Below are positions 48,401 through 56,735 of a stretch of DNA of 64,000 nucleotides, in pieces. The position numbers and the translations under genes were made by a program. The DNA is from Candidatus Thorarchaeota archaeon (GTDB lineage Archaea > Asgardarchaeota > Thorarchaeia > Thorarchaeales > Thorarchaeaceae): the NCBI GenBank assembly GCA_016933575.1, contig JAFGAR010000070.1:1-64000 (forward strand), written 5' to 3'. Under the pieces are notes generated by a model. The model saw only the letters and a list, made by a program, of their open reading frames with translations, was not told the DNA's origin and searched no databases. Positions within the stretch are counted from its first letter, which is position 1. Every line of letters begins with the position of its first letter.

Positions 48401-51078
48401 CAAATTAGATTCCACGAAGGATATCCGCTGATTGTTACATTCACCATAGCTCCTTCAATAGGTGAACCATCACTCATATTGTAGGAAACGATTAGAGTAG
48501 TCTGCTGTACAAATGTGATATTGTAATCTGAGGACCATTTGATTGTTAATGAGGTTGACTCAATATTAATAGTAAATGAAGTAGTGCTGTTTGAATGGTT
48601 TTCAAATCCGAATTTTCCAGCCGCAATATTGATGCTATGTGTTCCCAATCCTGGAAGTACGTCACTACCATTAACAGTCAGATAGTATAGCTTTGAAATT
48701 GGATTCCAGTGTAGTTCCCAAGGTGTTGTATCAATTGTTACATTTACGATAGCATCCAGTACTGGTTGACCATCAGACATTGTATAATTTACAATTAACA
48801 TGGAGTCCTGTACATAGGTGATAACATCTCCATTTAACCAAGAAAATGTGAGAGAAGTGTACTCCTTATGAATCGTAAGTGTCTGAGTTGTGTCACTCTG
48901 TTCTCTATATCCTTCCCGCCAAGCCTCTATCTCGAGATTGAAGGCTCCAAATCCTGGGAATACATCAGTTCCATTGAACGTGATTCTATAGAGGCTTAGG
49001 TCTCCATCCCAATGGAGTGAATAAGGTGTTCCATCAATCGTTACATTGACAGTTGCATCAGTAACCGGGATTCCACCAACTCGATTGTAAGTCACTAACA
49101 GACTTGTTGTTTGGACATAAGAGATGTTGTTTGTATTCGACCATTGTACAAAAAGCGGTTGTGTATCATGAATGAGTAATGCATCAATAATTAAACTCTG
49201 GTTTTCTATTGCATACCCTTCAGCATAGACTCTAACAGTATAAATCCCTGAAGATTTTCCTGATGTATCAATAGATGCTGTCCAAATTCCATTACTCAAA
49301 TCTATCAGACTTGTATTAGTGCCTCCATCAAATGAATACATGACCATAGCATAAGCACCATCCAGTCCTTGAGGCGTGAATGTATCTGTTAGATTGACAC
49401 TAATGGAAAAACTACTGTCAGTATATGCATCTATTTGATATGACGAAGCAGAGAAACTAGTAGGATAATAAAGGACCAGCTCTTTAGTTCTGTATCCTGC
49501 TTCTGTGCCATTACACCAGTATTCAGTAATTGTATACTGACCATTTGAAAGTGTAGTTGAACTAATGTCCCATAAGTAATGTGATTTTCCAGTGACTACT
49601 GACTGATTATTTGGAGCCCATATTTTGGAACTAAGATGAAAGATCGTGAGATTCGTAGTACCTGTACCCACGGGATTTAGATCTATATCTGTCAAAGTTG
49701 AATTGATATTAATTTCAGAATCTATGGAAGTCTTCGTAAAAACCTCAATATCATTTTCTGCATCATAAGTCTGTATTGAAGTTAGATAATTTCGAGATGA
49801 GGATATCAGAGTCCAAGTATCGTTGCTTAATTCAGAGCATTGGATGACACTTTGAAGTCTTTCATAGCTCGAGTGGTTTGTAGATGGTGCTGATGATTTG
49901 TAGAGTCCTGACACAATCCATGTTGTTGGTATTGTTAGATTGAGAAATTTCCGTTCAGCTATCATTGGATATTCAATAGCAGTTGATACATTCCATTCTA
50001 TATCTTGTCCCGACTCGGTGGCAAACCAATTTGAAGGCGATGATACTGATTTTCTGTAAGAAAGTACCATTGTATAGGAAATCTCAACAGACTGACTTGA
50101 GTCAAATTCTATGCAATCAATATTATCTTCATCAGAAAAAATCCATGTTAATCCTGAAAGCGCTGATGTGTTACCCCTAATATTTACACTCGTTGGATCC
50201 AAGTAGACAAGAGCATTGTTACTGGTCTTATTCCATGGTGTGTATGTATAGTTGAGTTCGGCTTCTCTCATCTGCCCAGAATCATATTGATCCCAAATAC
50301 CATCTCTAATGTGATATCCTGTTTCAAGTCCGAGATAGGGATATTGTGCCCTCCAGTATATTTTATTGAATTTCCATTGACCATCGTAAATCCCCTCCAT
50401 TCCAGTCCCATCGATAACAACATAGTATTTAGTACTAGCATTTAGAATTGCATTATCAAGTGAGCACTCATGAGTGATTGTCACCCAAGACAATCCTTGT
50501 TGAAACGGAGTTATCCATGAAGTGATATTTGTCTGTTTATCTGAATAATCACTCCTTACCACGAGGTAAGCATGTCCAAGATCCGGATAGTATGGATATA
50601 CTAGTGCACCAAATGTGTAATTTTCTAATTTTCCATCGTGTGGTTGACTATAAAATTCCTGATATAATGCATCGTATACGAGCCCTGAAACGTTTTGAGT
50701 ATTAATGTAGTTATTTGGATTCACACTGAGCCTTTCATGCTCTGCAACAGCAGTGATCGAACCAACTTCTATTGAAACCTCATACAGTTCCCATGATGGA
50801 ATATAATATTCTAAAAGGTTCAACTCTCCTACATGCTGATTAATGTTAGAATAGGAGTTTACAATATGCAAGGATTGTGTACTAATGTTACGTGTCATGA
50901 AAGCTATTGAGTCTGATATACTTCCTAATCCTTCGACCGATGCTAAGGTTGAAAAATTGTGAAAAGTACTATCCTGATTAAATTCACTGGCATAGCTGTT
51001 TTCTAAAGTCGTATTTCCTGTTGGAACAGATAATAAGCTAATCATAAGGAAGACCATTAAAACAGCCAAACGTTTCAT
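42487..51078 (-). CDS. Giant receptor-like type I membrane protein: signal peptide, head, about 22 Ig-like repeats, TM, C-terminal winged HTH
   Basis: MKRLAVLMVFLMISLL leader, ~100-aa repeats, TM plus KRKR, and C-terminal EILNSDTGLTRAEISERLGLSSSKTGSIVKDL...VRQGSKRLI. Confidence 0.88.
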   Translation of the reverse strand: MKRLAVLMVFLMISLLSVPTGNTTLENSYASEFNQDSTFHNFSTLASVEGLGSISDSIAFMTRNISTQSLHIVNSYSNINQHVGELNLLEYYIPSWELYEVSIEVGSITAVAEHERLSVNPNNYINTQNVSGLVYDALYQEFYSQPHDGKLENYTFGALVYPYYPDLGHAYLVVRSDYSDKQTNITSWITPFQQGLSWVTITHECSLDNAILNASTKYYVVIDGTGMEGIYDGQWKFNKIYWRAQYPYLGLETGYHIRDGIWDQYDSGQMREAELNYTYTPWNKTSNNALVYLDPTSVNIRGNTSALSGLTWIFSDEDNIDCIEFDSSQSVEISYTMVLSYRKSVSSPSNWFATESGQDIEWNVSTAIEYPMIAERKFLNLTIPTTWIVSGLYKSSAPSTNHSSYERLQSVIQCSELSNDTWTLISSSRNYLTSIQTYDAENDIEVFTKTSIDSEININSTLTDIDLNPVGTGTTNLTIFHLSSKIWAPNNQSVVTGKSHYLWDISSTTLSNGQYTITEYWCNGTEAGYRTKELVLYYPTSFSASSYQIDAYTDSSFSISVNLTDTFTPQGLDGAYAMVMYSFDGGTNTSLIDLSNGIWTASIDTSGKSSGIYTVRVYAEGYAIENQSLIIDALLIHDTQPLFVQWSNTNNISYVQTTSLLVTYNRVGGIPVTDATVNVTIDGTPYSLHWDGDLSLYRITFNGTDVFPGFGAFNLEIEAWREGYREQSDTTQTLTIHKEYTSLTFSWLNGDVITYVQDSMLIVNYTMSDGQPVLDAIVNVTIDTTPWELHWNPISKLYYLTVNGSDVLPGLGTHSINIAAGKFGFENHSNSTTSFTINIESTSLTIKWSSDYNITFVQQTTLIVSYNMSDGSPIEGAMVNVTISGYPSWNLIWDGSESYILIFNGSDLPPGFGTHKLTIKADKYGFANKENIDEDLILRPEPTTIDTQWIGPSTITYVESTIISINYTMSNGTPISGAIVYITIGVSTWNLTWDGGTQTYRWEFSGSDAPPGLGTHSLAINASRYGFITVFDNDSLTIENEATTLIVQWIPTNETTYMGRCVLTVNYIMNNNNSAISDAIVNATVAGVLKPMVWNSTAQKFYLYIEGSEDLPALGSFTVIIHASRLGFEAVLDPTERVTLVEEPTSLYVYWANGVNNPGFYEYTYLIAEYNYDNDEPVVLEYINATVNSRTWLMYWNESAEYYQLRFNGSDVYPGVGTYTVIVQAWSYGFGYQTNNDEELIIPVIPTKLTITWTNGDNITYVEDTTLQVFYMMYNDTWILDAVVNVTINSVTWNLTWNSQSHAYEGTFSGSDSSLDFMTYSLVINASKSDFQYQSNNTETLTIGLEPTSLVIFWTNGNNITYYSTTILSVQYIMSNSTPITTGMLNVTIDGTLWDLVWNSTSNAYEREFRGNDSSFYFDTFDVLINASGYGYLPSVDLEEKFTIRREDTTISFEWVPSDTITYLETTILRIYYRLESGAAVLGATVNVTYVLTWPANWNEAEKAYEVVFTGDTFPIPVIGPHTLLAQAWKSNYLSQIDISQSITFNQEATTLHAIWLDGNNTITFTESATIHINYSISDGSPVEDAYVTIRIGTDIWEATYDSDLHLYVFTFTGNMDPPGLGTHRLYISSTYILHEGYKDAEYNLETLRILSESVMIDCYWIGGDNISYVESTILVVNYTTSDGTPIALATVNVTIDTTMFWELHWHSLSETYRLVFNGFDSLPGFGTHELKIKAERFGFVGLTDNYLNLHINEEITTLIPRWSSPNQNNVSYFEYTYLFVDYLMSNSSPILGASVNVTIEIETWNLLWNATEGSYGICFNGSDIPPGFGTYTVVVDAKKYGFKIAHNTSEYLTLTKDPTTIQVTWSNGNSITFIESTTLTVYYRMSNGTSISTGILNVTIGFDNWSLIWNGSIGGYQYKFYGNMNPPGLGNYSMSILASGDVYSSQFATTTLAVDEEPTLAIASWLTDTIDWTESIILEIEYRDSHGSLIENATLKTISINGTLYVLHGTNGVYWFEFNNSFNLGNHVVVVNISKYGYQFAVNASIEFNIIEAITNLDLDWNSITIDYLGQIDLTANYFYVLTGQAVPTGVNINISIDGTTPIPLLSSGDLWYFNLTGINLDLGEHTVIIRADAYGYTYAEALETLMVSEVITDQLSVIWDPSNVTIEYTGVLTLVVDYTYYGGDVPDTAIVNMTIDTHIYNLTYSSNAWRISISGNELGIGYYEATISAWLYGYTHRANLTLGVNVTLAANSFIVTWEPGNLQPSYTDTVNLTVIYTEDFQPIVGATVRLSINGTVYDLVYNSIDKKWHFSILASEIDLGTWNVTVTANMTGYSDGWYSNILTVIQESTTLSVLPSTSTFYFDENELADIYYRMSNLSIIQGAICVVTLEEVTQSVVWSTDHWVLNIEGQDLGVGIHTFNITTLAYGYSTHSYMLEITILLIPTIVVNPEPLVMFARESTSIRFTFLDTRTNSGISGALSSIDWISTSNVIDLGNGTYIVEIGGGSVHTGSYTLNILLECAGYDNGTGQVIIDVMPIPTQIEFTSQISQYENETILITIKLADTNNMIPIDWANVKVVLNSVEYSLVYSAGSQNYSTSIWLSTFVPGTYNLSLEVIASDCETQIAYIDLVILEKATYTISVSAVEEIQTGEVLLVTATVHQQSTPVSGIQLVFSITVITEDGSRITIMGASTSSDGVATIEFTVPLDAIALDIVVQYNGSLSTWLALSSPRHIAITAPNSGILDIILNNPVMIAVIAGGVSFPLLAIALMKRKRGPGIVDVSSPVTTPNVSPVESISLTDPINRARQEILNSDTGLTRAEISERLGLSSSKTGSIVKDLLESDSSLEEVRQGSKRLIKKKD
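45230..49170 (-). repeat. 13 well-conserved ~100-aa Ig-like tandem protein repeats
   Basis: Consensus E.T.L...W..G..ITY.E.T.L.V.Y.MS.G.PI..A.VNVTI....W.L.WN.....Y...F.GSD..PG.GT..L.I.A...G(F/Y). Confidence 0.85.
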
Positions 51079-51201
51079 CTTATTTTTCCTCAGGCAACAA
51101 ACGGTCGATGAACTGCACGACAGATATACATATCTTCCTCATTTTGTTTGAAAAGGTGAGCTGTTATGTACTACTTTTCATTTAAAGAAGGGTTCGTCGA
51201 A

Positions 51202-51711
51202 TTACGTATAGTATGATGGACCTGTTTCGGTTGATTCAACAGGTTTTGCTCCTTGTTGACCTGTGATATCATTGAGCAATGCAATCACCATGTCAATGGC
51301 ACTATGGAGTCTTCTTACTGTATTCCATAGTATCTGTTCGGAGAATGCATCATCATAGATTCTATCCGAAACAACAAAACCCGGACCCTGTGGTTGAGGT
51401 CCTTGTTGTCCAGGTCGTGGTTGGACAAATCCCAGATTGATATTCTGTGTGAAGCTGAACTTCAATGCATCCATCTGGAACTGACGGAGCTTCTCTGCAG
51501 TCAACAATTTCTGGTGTTGCGGTGATATCATGATTTGCGACTCAAACTGGATATACTTCTGATCATTTGGTCGCACAACAGTGAAGAAGAAGCGCATGAA
51601 CTTGACTTTGTAAAGAAACTCAGCTCTCGGGTTGGAGATACTCTCGACTTTTGTGCCTTCTCTCGAGAACCATTCTCTTATTGCTTCCTTGTAGTAATCT
51701 GAACCTTCCAC
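51202..51711 (-). CDS. DUF2299/YbjN-like protein
   Basis: IREWF..EG.KV, V.RP, ISPQH and DRIYDDAFSEQ..WNT.RR pattern. Confidence 0.6.
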   Translation of the reverse strand: MEGSDYYKEAIREWFSREGTKVESISNPRAEFLYKVKFMRFFFTVVRPNDQKYIQFESQIMISPQHQKLLTAEKLRQFQMDALKFSFTQNINLGFVQPRPGQQGPQPQGPGFVVSDRIYDDAFSEQILWNTVRRLHSAIDMVIALLNDITGQQGAKPVESTETGPSYYT

Positions 51712-51763
51712 TTGTTGTCCTCCGTCATAATACGATGGAGTGTGTTCTCACTTAACGCTTGTG

Positions 51764-52567
51764 CTAGTCGGGAAATCTCTGGACAGTATCATACCCAGTA
51801 CGTGCCCTATCAAGATAGCAGGTTATCTGTTTCCTCACAGAAGAGAGCATATCCGTATTTCCTTTTGTATGTATTATCCGTTCTTCGGAGTTACACCTGG
51901 TCAATACAAGTCCCCAAGGATCCACAATCTGGCTATGACCAAAATAGATCTTCTTGTCAAATCCAAGACCTATTCTATTGGCTGCAGCTACATACAATTG
52001 ATTCTCAATAGCTCGTGCTTGAACTAATGCATTCCAATGAGCACTTCGCGGATCAGGAAACGCAGCTGATACAACCAGAATCTCTGCCCCTTCGAGTGCG
52101 AGCTTTCTTGACACCTCTGGAAATCGGATATCATAGCAGATCTGTACACCGACTTTGATTCCACCGCAGTCCATCAGGACAATCTTTGTTCCTCCGTCAA
52201 ACACATCATGTTCTTCTTGAAATGGGTGTATTTTTCTATATGTACCAAGTATCTCGCCAGATGGTGTCGCTGCAGCTAGAGTGTTGTAGTATCTCTTTTC
52301 GCTCTTCTCTATTCCAGTTCCAAATACATAGGCTTCATGTTTTTTGGCAATTCTAGAAAGGAAATCGCTTGTGGGACCAGGAATCCCTGCGCTTATTCTG
52401 TCATAGTCCTCATGACGGAATCCAACTGCAAATAGTTCTGGTAGGACAATAAGGTTCACGCAATCAGTTGGTCTTAATTCTTTAAGTACCCTCTCTACTG
52501 TTTTATAATTCGATTCCCTATCTCCTTCCCTACATGCTATCTGAACAAGAGTAATTGTGAATTCCAT
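51764..52567 (-). CDS. Carbon-nitrogen hydrolase (nitrilase/omega-amidase family)
   Basis: Catalytic triad motifs VLPEL, YRKIH and ICYDIRFPE, plus ARAIENQ and GHSQIVDPWG. The start is placed at MEFTITL. Confidence 0.93.
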   Translation of the reverse strand: MEFTITLVQIACREGDRESNYKTVERVLKELRPTDCVNLIVLPELFAVGFRHEDYDRISAGIPGPTSDFLSRIAKKHEAYVFGTGIEKSEKRYYNTLAAATPSGEILGTYRKIHPFQEEHDVFDGGTKIVLMDCGGIKVGVQICYDIRFPEVSRKLALEGAEILVVSAAFPDPRSAHWNALVQARAIENQLYVAAANRIGLGFDKKIYFGHSQIVDPWGLVLTRCNSEERIIHTKGNTDMLSSVRKQITCYLDRARTGYDTVQRFPD

Positions 52568-52768
52568 TAGTGAATCCTTCTCCTTATGTCTACATCTTTG
52601 AATACATTGTTGTTGATAAGCAAACCGCAATTTGGAGGCACTTTCAAATTAACAACACACATCATAACGCTTAATTGTACGTCTCTGACTAGCGAGCTTG
52701 ACGGCTCACAGCGGACGTGTTTCTTGTTGGTAAACGAAGTAAATACCGAGCCAAAGAGCAGGAAGGAT

Positions 52769-53047
52769 ATGCCAAAGACCTCTTACTCAAAACCCACGAT
52801 TGGGGCAACGGGTGAGACCGGTAGCTGGCGCACATTTGACCCAGTGGTCAACTACGATGAGTGCAACAGATGCCGAACCTGTTGGCTACACTGCCCTGAG
52901 GCTGTGATAAGCTTGGACGAGGATGGTACTCCTCACACAGATTATGATTACTGTAAGGGCTGCGGAATTTGTGCTGCGGTGTGTCCCAAACAGTGCATTG
53001 AGATGGTTCGTACTGACGAACGTAAGAGGAGGACTGGTGAAGTATGA
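52769..53047 (+). CDS. porD: 2-oxoacid:ferredoxin oxidoreductase delta subunit (2x[4Fe-4S])
   Basis: TGSWRTFDP, CNRCRTCWLHCP and DYDYCKGCGICAAVCP motifs. Confidence 0.9.
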   Translation: MPKTSYSKPTIGATGETGSWRTFDPVVNYDECNRCRTCWLHCPEAVISLDEDGTPHTDYDYCKGCGICAAVCPKQCIEMVRTDERKRRTGEV

Positions 53048-54222
53048 AGACTGAACTTATGAGTGCTAATTATGCAGCGGCACGATCTGCGGTTTCCGCT
53101 CGGGTTGAAGTTGTAGCTGCATATCCTATTACACCAGCTACAACAGTACCTGAGCAGATTGCATTGCTGAACGAAAAAGGCATCTTCAAAGGTCAATTTA
53201 TTCGGGTCGAGTCTGAACATTCCGCAATGTTCGCTTGTATCGGTGCCAGTTCTACTGGTGCGAGAGCTTTCACTGCGACATCATCCAATGGACTCTTACT
53301 AATGGATGAAGCTCTACACTGGGCAGCAGCAGCTCGCCTTCCTATTGTCTTGAACAACGTTAATCGTTCAGTATCACCAAGTTGGAACATTCATGTGACC
53401 CATGATGATTCTTATTCAAAACGCGATACAGGCTGGATTCAATTCTACGTTTCAAGCGTGGATGAGTTGTATCACACGATTATTCAATCTTTCAAACTTG
53501 CTGAGGATGAACGTGTTTTGATGCCTGTGATGGTGAACGCTGACGGGTTTGTACTTAGCCATACATTATCTACCTTCGATTACTTGGAGCCAGAAGAGGT
53601 TGACAAGTTCCTTCCTCCCTATTCACCACCGCATTGGGTCATGGATCCTAAGAACCCAGTCTCTCATGGTAACATTGTCTTCCCTGAATATTATCAGGAG
53701 TTTAGATACATGATGCATGAAGGGACACTGAATGCTTTGAAGGTCTATGAAGAGGTTGAGAAGGACTACAGGAAACATTTTGGGAAATACTTTGGCGGTC
53801 CCATTGATTGCTACAAGTGCGACGATGCTGAAGTAGTGTTTACATCTCAAGGATCAATGGCTGCTGAGGCTAAGGATGCAATAGATGAGCTCCGAAAAGA
53901 AGGCTACAAAGTTGGCAATGCGCGAGTTAGAATGATGCGTCCGTTCCCAGTTGAAAAGATCCGTGAACTTGGTAGCCGCGTCAAAGCATTTGCTAGCTTT
54001 GACCGAGGTGTTTCATATGGCTTTGGAGGACCAGTAGCCAATGACATTCGTGCATCAATGTATCATACTGATTATCGTCCAATGATCAAGAGCTATATTG
54101 GAGGTCTTGGTGGTAGGGACATGACTGTGCCTGACATTAAAGCTGTAATTTTGGATACATTCAATGCTGTAGAGAGCGGCAAGTTGGGTCCTGAGGAGAC
54201 CTGGCATAATTTGATGGAGTGA
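53044..54222 (+). CDS. porA: 2-oxoacid:ferredoxin oxidoreductase alpha subunit
   Basis: AYPITP, ESEHSA, TATSS.GL, DGF.LSHT and GLGGRD motifs. Substrate specificity (POR or VOR) is undetermined. Confidence 0.9.
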   Translation: MKTELMSANYAAARSAVSARVEVVAAYPITPATTVPEQIALLNEKGIFKGQFIRVESEHSAMFACIGASSTGARAFTATSSNGLLLMDEALHWAAAARLPIVLNNVNRSVSPSWNIHVTHDDSYSKRDTGWIQFYVSSVDELYHTIIQSFKLAEDERVLMPVMVNADGFVLSHTLSTFDYLEPEEVDKFLPPYSPPHWVMDPKNPVSHGNIVFPEYYQEFRYMMHEGTLNALKVYEEVEKDYRKHFGKYFGGPIDCYKCDDAEVVFTSQGSMAAEAKDAIDELRKEGYKVGNARVRMMRPFPVEKIRELGSRVKAFASFDRGVSYGFGGPVANDIRASMYHTDYRPMIKSYIGGLGGRDMTVPDIKAVILDTFNAVESGKLGPEETWHNLME

Positions 54223-55133
54223 TAAAAATGGTAGCAACAAGAGAAATGCCACTCAAGGAATACGTACTGAAAGGTAATGCTGCATGTGCAGGCTGCCAAG
54301 ATATGGTTGCCTTGCGTCACGCTCACAAGGCTCTGGAAGGAGATGTGATTCAAGTTGTTCCCGCATGTTGTACCAGTGTTGTTCAATCACTCTGGCCAAA
54401 AAGCGGACTTGCAATACCTGTTCTCAATACCGCATTCATGGCTGCAGCAGCTACCGCCTCTGGGGTGAAAGCTGCATTGAAAGCAAAAGGGAATGATCAT
54501 ACCATGGTAATGGTCTGGGCTGGCGATGGAGGTACCTTTGACATAGGTATCCAAGCTTTAAGCGGTGCCTTTGAACGACGAACTAATTTTCTGTATATCT
54601 GCTACAACAACCAGGTGTACAGCAATACTGGTACGCAACGTTCTGGTGCAACACCCCTTCATGCTCAAACAACAACAACTTGGTTCGGTAAGACTGAGCC
54701 TGAAAAGTTGTTGGATCTCATAGTAGCAGCTCATGAACCTGTGTATCAGTTCACAGCAAATACTGCATATCCTCGAGACCTCTATGATAAATTCAGAAAG
54801 GCTCGTGATTTTACTGGTCCAAAATTTGGCCATATCTTCTTACCATGTCCTCAAGCGTGGAATTATCCAGTCGAAAAAGGTGTGGAGATAGGTAAACTTG
54901 CAGTAGAAACTGGATATTGGATTCAATGGGAGCGAATCGGTAACGAATTCACTCTAGGTCGAGAAAGTAAGAGATTCGAAGATCCCGAGAAACGAAAACC
55001 AATCGACGAATTTCTGAAATTGCAGGGTAGATTCTCACACCTGTATAAACCTACCCGAGATGATAGGAAGATCAAGGAAATAGAAGAATTCATTCAGCAT
55101 CGTTGGGATGTTGTAATGAAGACTCTTGCATAG
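54219..55133 (+). CDS. porB: 2-oxoacid:ferredoxin oxidoreductase beta subunit (TPP-binding)
   Basis: ACAGC, GDGGTFDIG, NTG.QRS.ATP, PCP..W and QGRF motifs. Confidence 0.9.
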   Translation: MIKMVATREMPLKEYVLKGNAACAGCQDMVALRHAHKALEGDVIQVVPACCTSVVQSLWPKSGLAIPVLNTAFMAAAATASGVKAALKAKGNDHTMVMVWAGDGGTFDIGIQALSGAFERRTNFLYICYNNQVYSNTGTQRSGATPLHAQTTTTWFGKTEPEKLLDLIVAAHEPVYQFTANTAYPRDLYDKFRKARDFTGPKFGHIFLPCPQAWNYPVEKGVEIGKLAVETGYWIQWERIGNEFTLGRESKRFEDPEKRKPIDEFLKLQGRFSHLYKPTRDDRKIKEIEEFIQHRWDVVMKTLA

Positions 55134-55158
55134 ACTCACATTACACATCTGTTGCAAT

Positions 55159-55202
55159 GGTTCTGTAGTTAATCGCTATGGAACCCTTCCCTCTCTTTTT
55201 TT
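55159..55202 (+). terminator. Stem-loop plus U-tract after porB
   Basis: GGTTCTGTAG-ttaatcg-CTATGGAACC followed by CTTCCCTCTCTTTTTTT. Confidence 0.6.
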
Positions 55203-55211
55203 AGAGAATAT

Positions 55212-56735
55212 CTATTTGCGGGACTGTAGAACTAAGTATACGACTCCTCCAGAGAAGGCTGAAACGATTCTTCTCATTCTATATTGATCGCCAAGGCTAT
55301 CAATCTCACCTTGTGAGATCTTGGCTCGTGCAACTTCTTCAGCTATGAATCTCGAGACCCATGGTAAATCTACTAAGGCAGACCCAATTCCTGTAAGCTC
55401 AAGAATTCGAAATGAAGTCTCAAAACAGAGTTCCTCTGTGAATTTATCAACTTGATTTCCAAGGGTTTCAGTGTGTTTTTCAATCAAATCAGATATGGCA
55501 TTGAAAGCTTCAACGATTTCTTCGATTAATTCTTCTGAAGATATCGTATCGGTCTTGGATTCTCCAAGATGTTGTTTAAGATTTGTAAGAACAACTCGAA
55601 ATCGCCTCTCTGGGGATATGTGAGGCTTTTCACCAATGCGTGCACGTCGTTTACAATCTGTGAATTCTTCATAGAGCATTAGTGCTCTGTCATCGGACTC
55701 TTTTACGGCATTTGTGATTTCGATATTCTCGCCATTCAATAGATTGATGAATGCATCAAGTTCCTCATTCTTTCCCTTTCCAAACCGACTTCTAAGTAAG
55801 TCATTATAGTAATCTGTAATCTTCTTCACTAGGAATGATAGATAATCCCATTCAGTCCAAGACTCTGTTATTCCCTGACTCTGTGTCGTATAAAGTGAAC
55901 AAGTAGTCATTTGTGATGCTGCTCTTCGTAGAACATCGAGAGTTGCTATCAGTCTTGTGAAAACCCTAGCTGTTCCAACTAATGGCCAATCAAATGGTTT
56001 GCTTGAACCGCTGCCTGCAATTTGATATGTAAGCGACGTTTGTGCATGCATTGCAATGATATACAATGTTGTTTCTTCGACAAGTTTTGAATCCTGAAGA
56101 CTAAAGACTAAATCAAGATCGAACGGGAAATCGCAAGCTTTCATTAAAATGAGCGAAACTAAAGATCTCAATCGGATTGTTCTAATTGTTTCATCAATAG
56201 AGAGACCCCTGACAATACCTGAAATATCGAAGAATTCGTCACTAATCCCCCGATTTACAAGCTCCAAGGAAATAAATCGGCTAAGATCTGCTCTTGATTC
56301 GTCAGAGCGAAGAAGATAGTCGACTAGAATTTCTATATGCTGTTTTTCAATCTCACTTGGCAGTGTTGTTGGACTTATCGATACTTTGGGTAGAATCATC
56401 AACCACAACATAGCAAGTGCATTTCGTTTTCCGGTAAGAATCGCTTGTTCTCCTGTTTCAAGTGTTTCACTTACCTGTCTGAATCCAACCCAACTTGGAA
56501 TTGCCATTAAGAATTCAACAATATCGTCATTGTCCAGAGCCTTGTATAGGATATGTTTCTTCACTAAATTAAGAATCTCGAATGGATTTGTCATGACTTC
56601 TGAAAAACCTACAATCTGCAATTCTTCTCTTATCTCGAGTGCATCTTTCTTTTGCCAATCTGCGAGCACCCGATAGATATAGCTTTGATGAAGGTTACTC
56701 ACGATGGATTTAGCAATCGCTGCAAGTTCGTTCAA
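55212..56735 (-). CDS. Hypothetical alpha-helical protein
   Basis: 507-aa ORF, TTG start with AAGGAGG upstream, TTGA overlap with the previous gene. Confidence 0.75.
   Translation of the reverse strand: MNELAAIAKSIVSNLHQSYIYRVLADWQKKDALEIREELQIVGFSEVMTNPFEILNLVKKHILYKALDNDDIVEFLMAIPSWVGFRQVSETLETGEQAILTGKRNALAMLWLMILPKVSISPTTLPSEIEKQHIEILVDYLLRSDESRADLSRFISLELVNRGISDEFFDISGIVRGLSIDETIRTIRLRSLVSLILMKACDFPFDLDLVFSLQDSKLVEETTLYIIAMHAQTSLTYQIAGSGSSKPFDWPLVGTARVFTRLIATLDVLRRAASQMTTCSLYTTQSQGITESWTEWDYLSFLVKKITDYYNDLLRSRFGKGKNEELDAFINLLNGENIEITNAVKESDDRALMLYEEFTDCKRRARIGEKPHISPERRFRVVLTNLKQHLGESKTDTISSEELIEEIVEAFNAISDLIEKHTETLGNQVDKFTEELCFETSFRILELTGIGSALVDLPWVSRFIAEEVARAKISQGEIDSLGDQYRMRRIVSAFSGGVVYLVLQSRK

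Noticed and set aside
52586-52768. N-terminal extension of porD, or a remnant of porG, in the ORF track
   Set aside because: It overlaps the divergent promoter region, has no gamma-subunit motif (GRGGQG), and typical delta sequence begins near 52769
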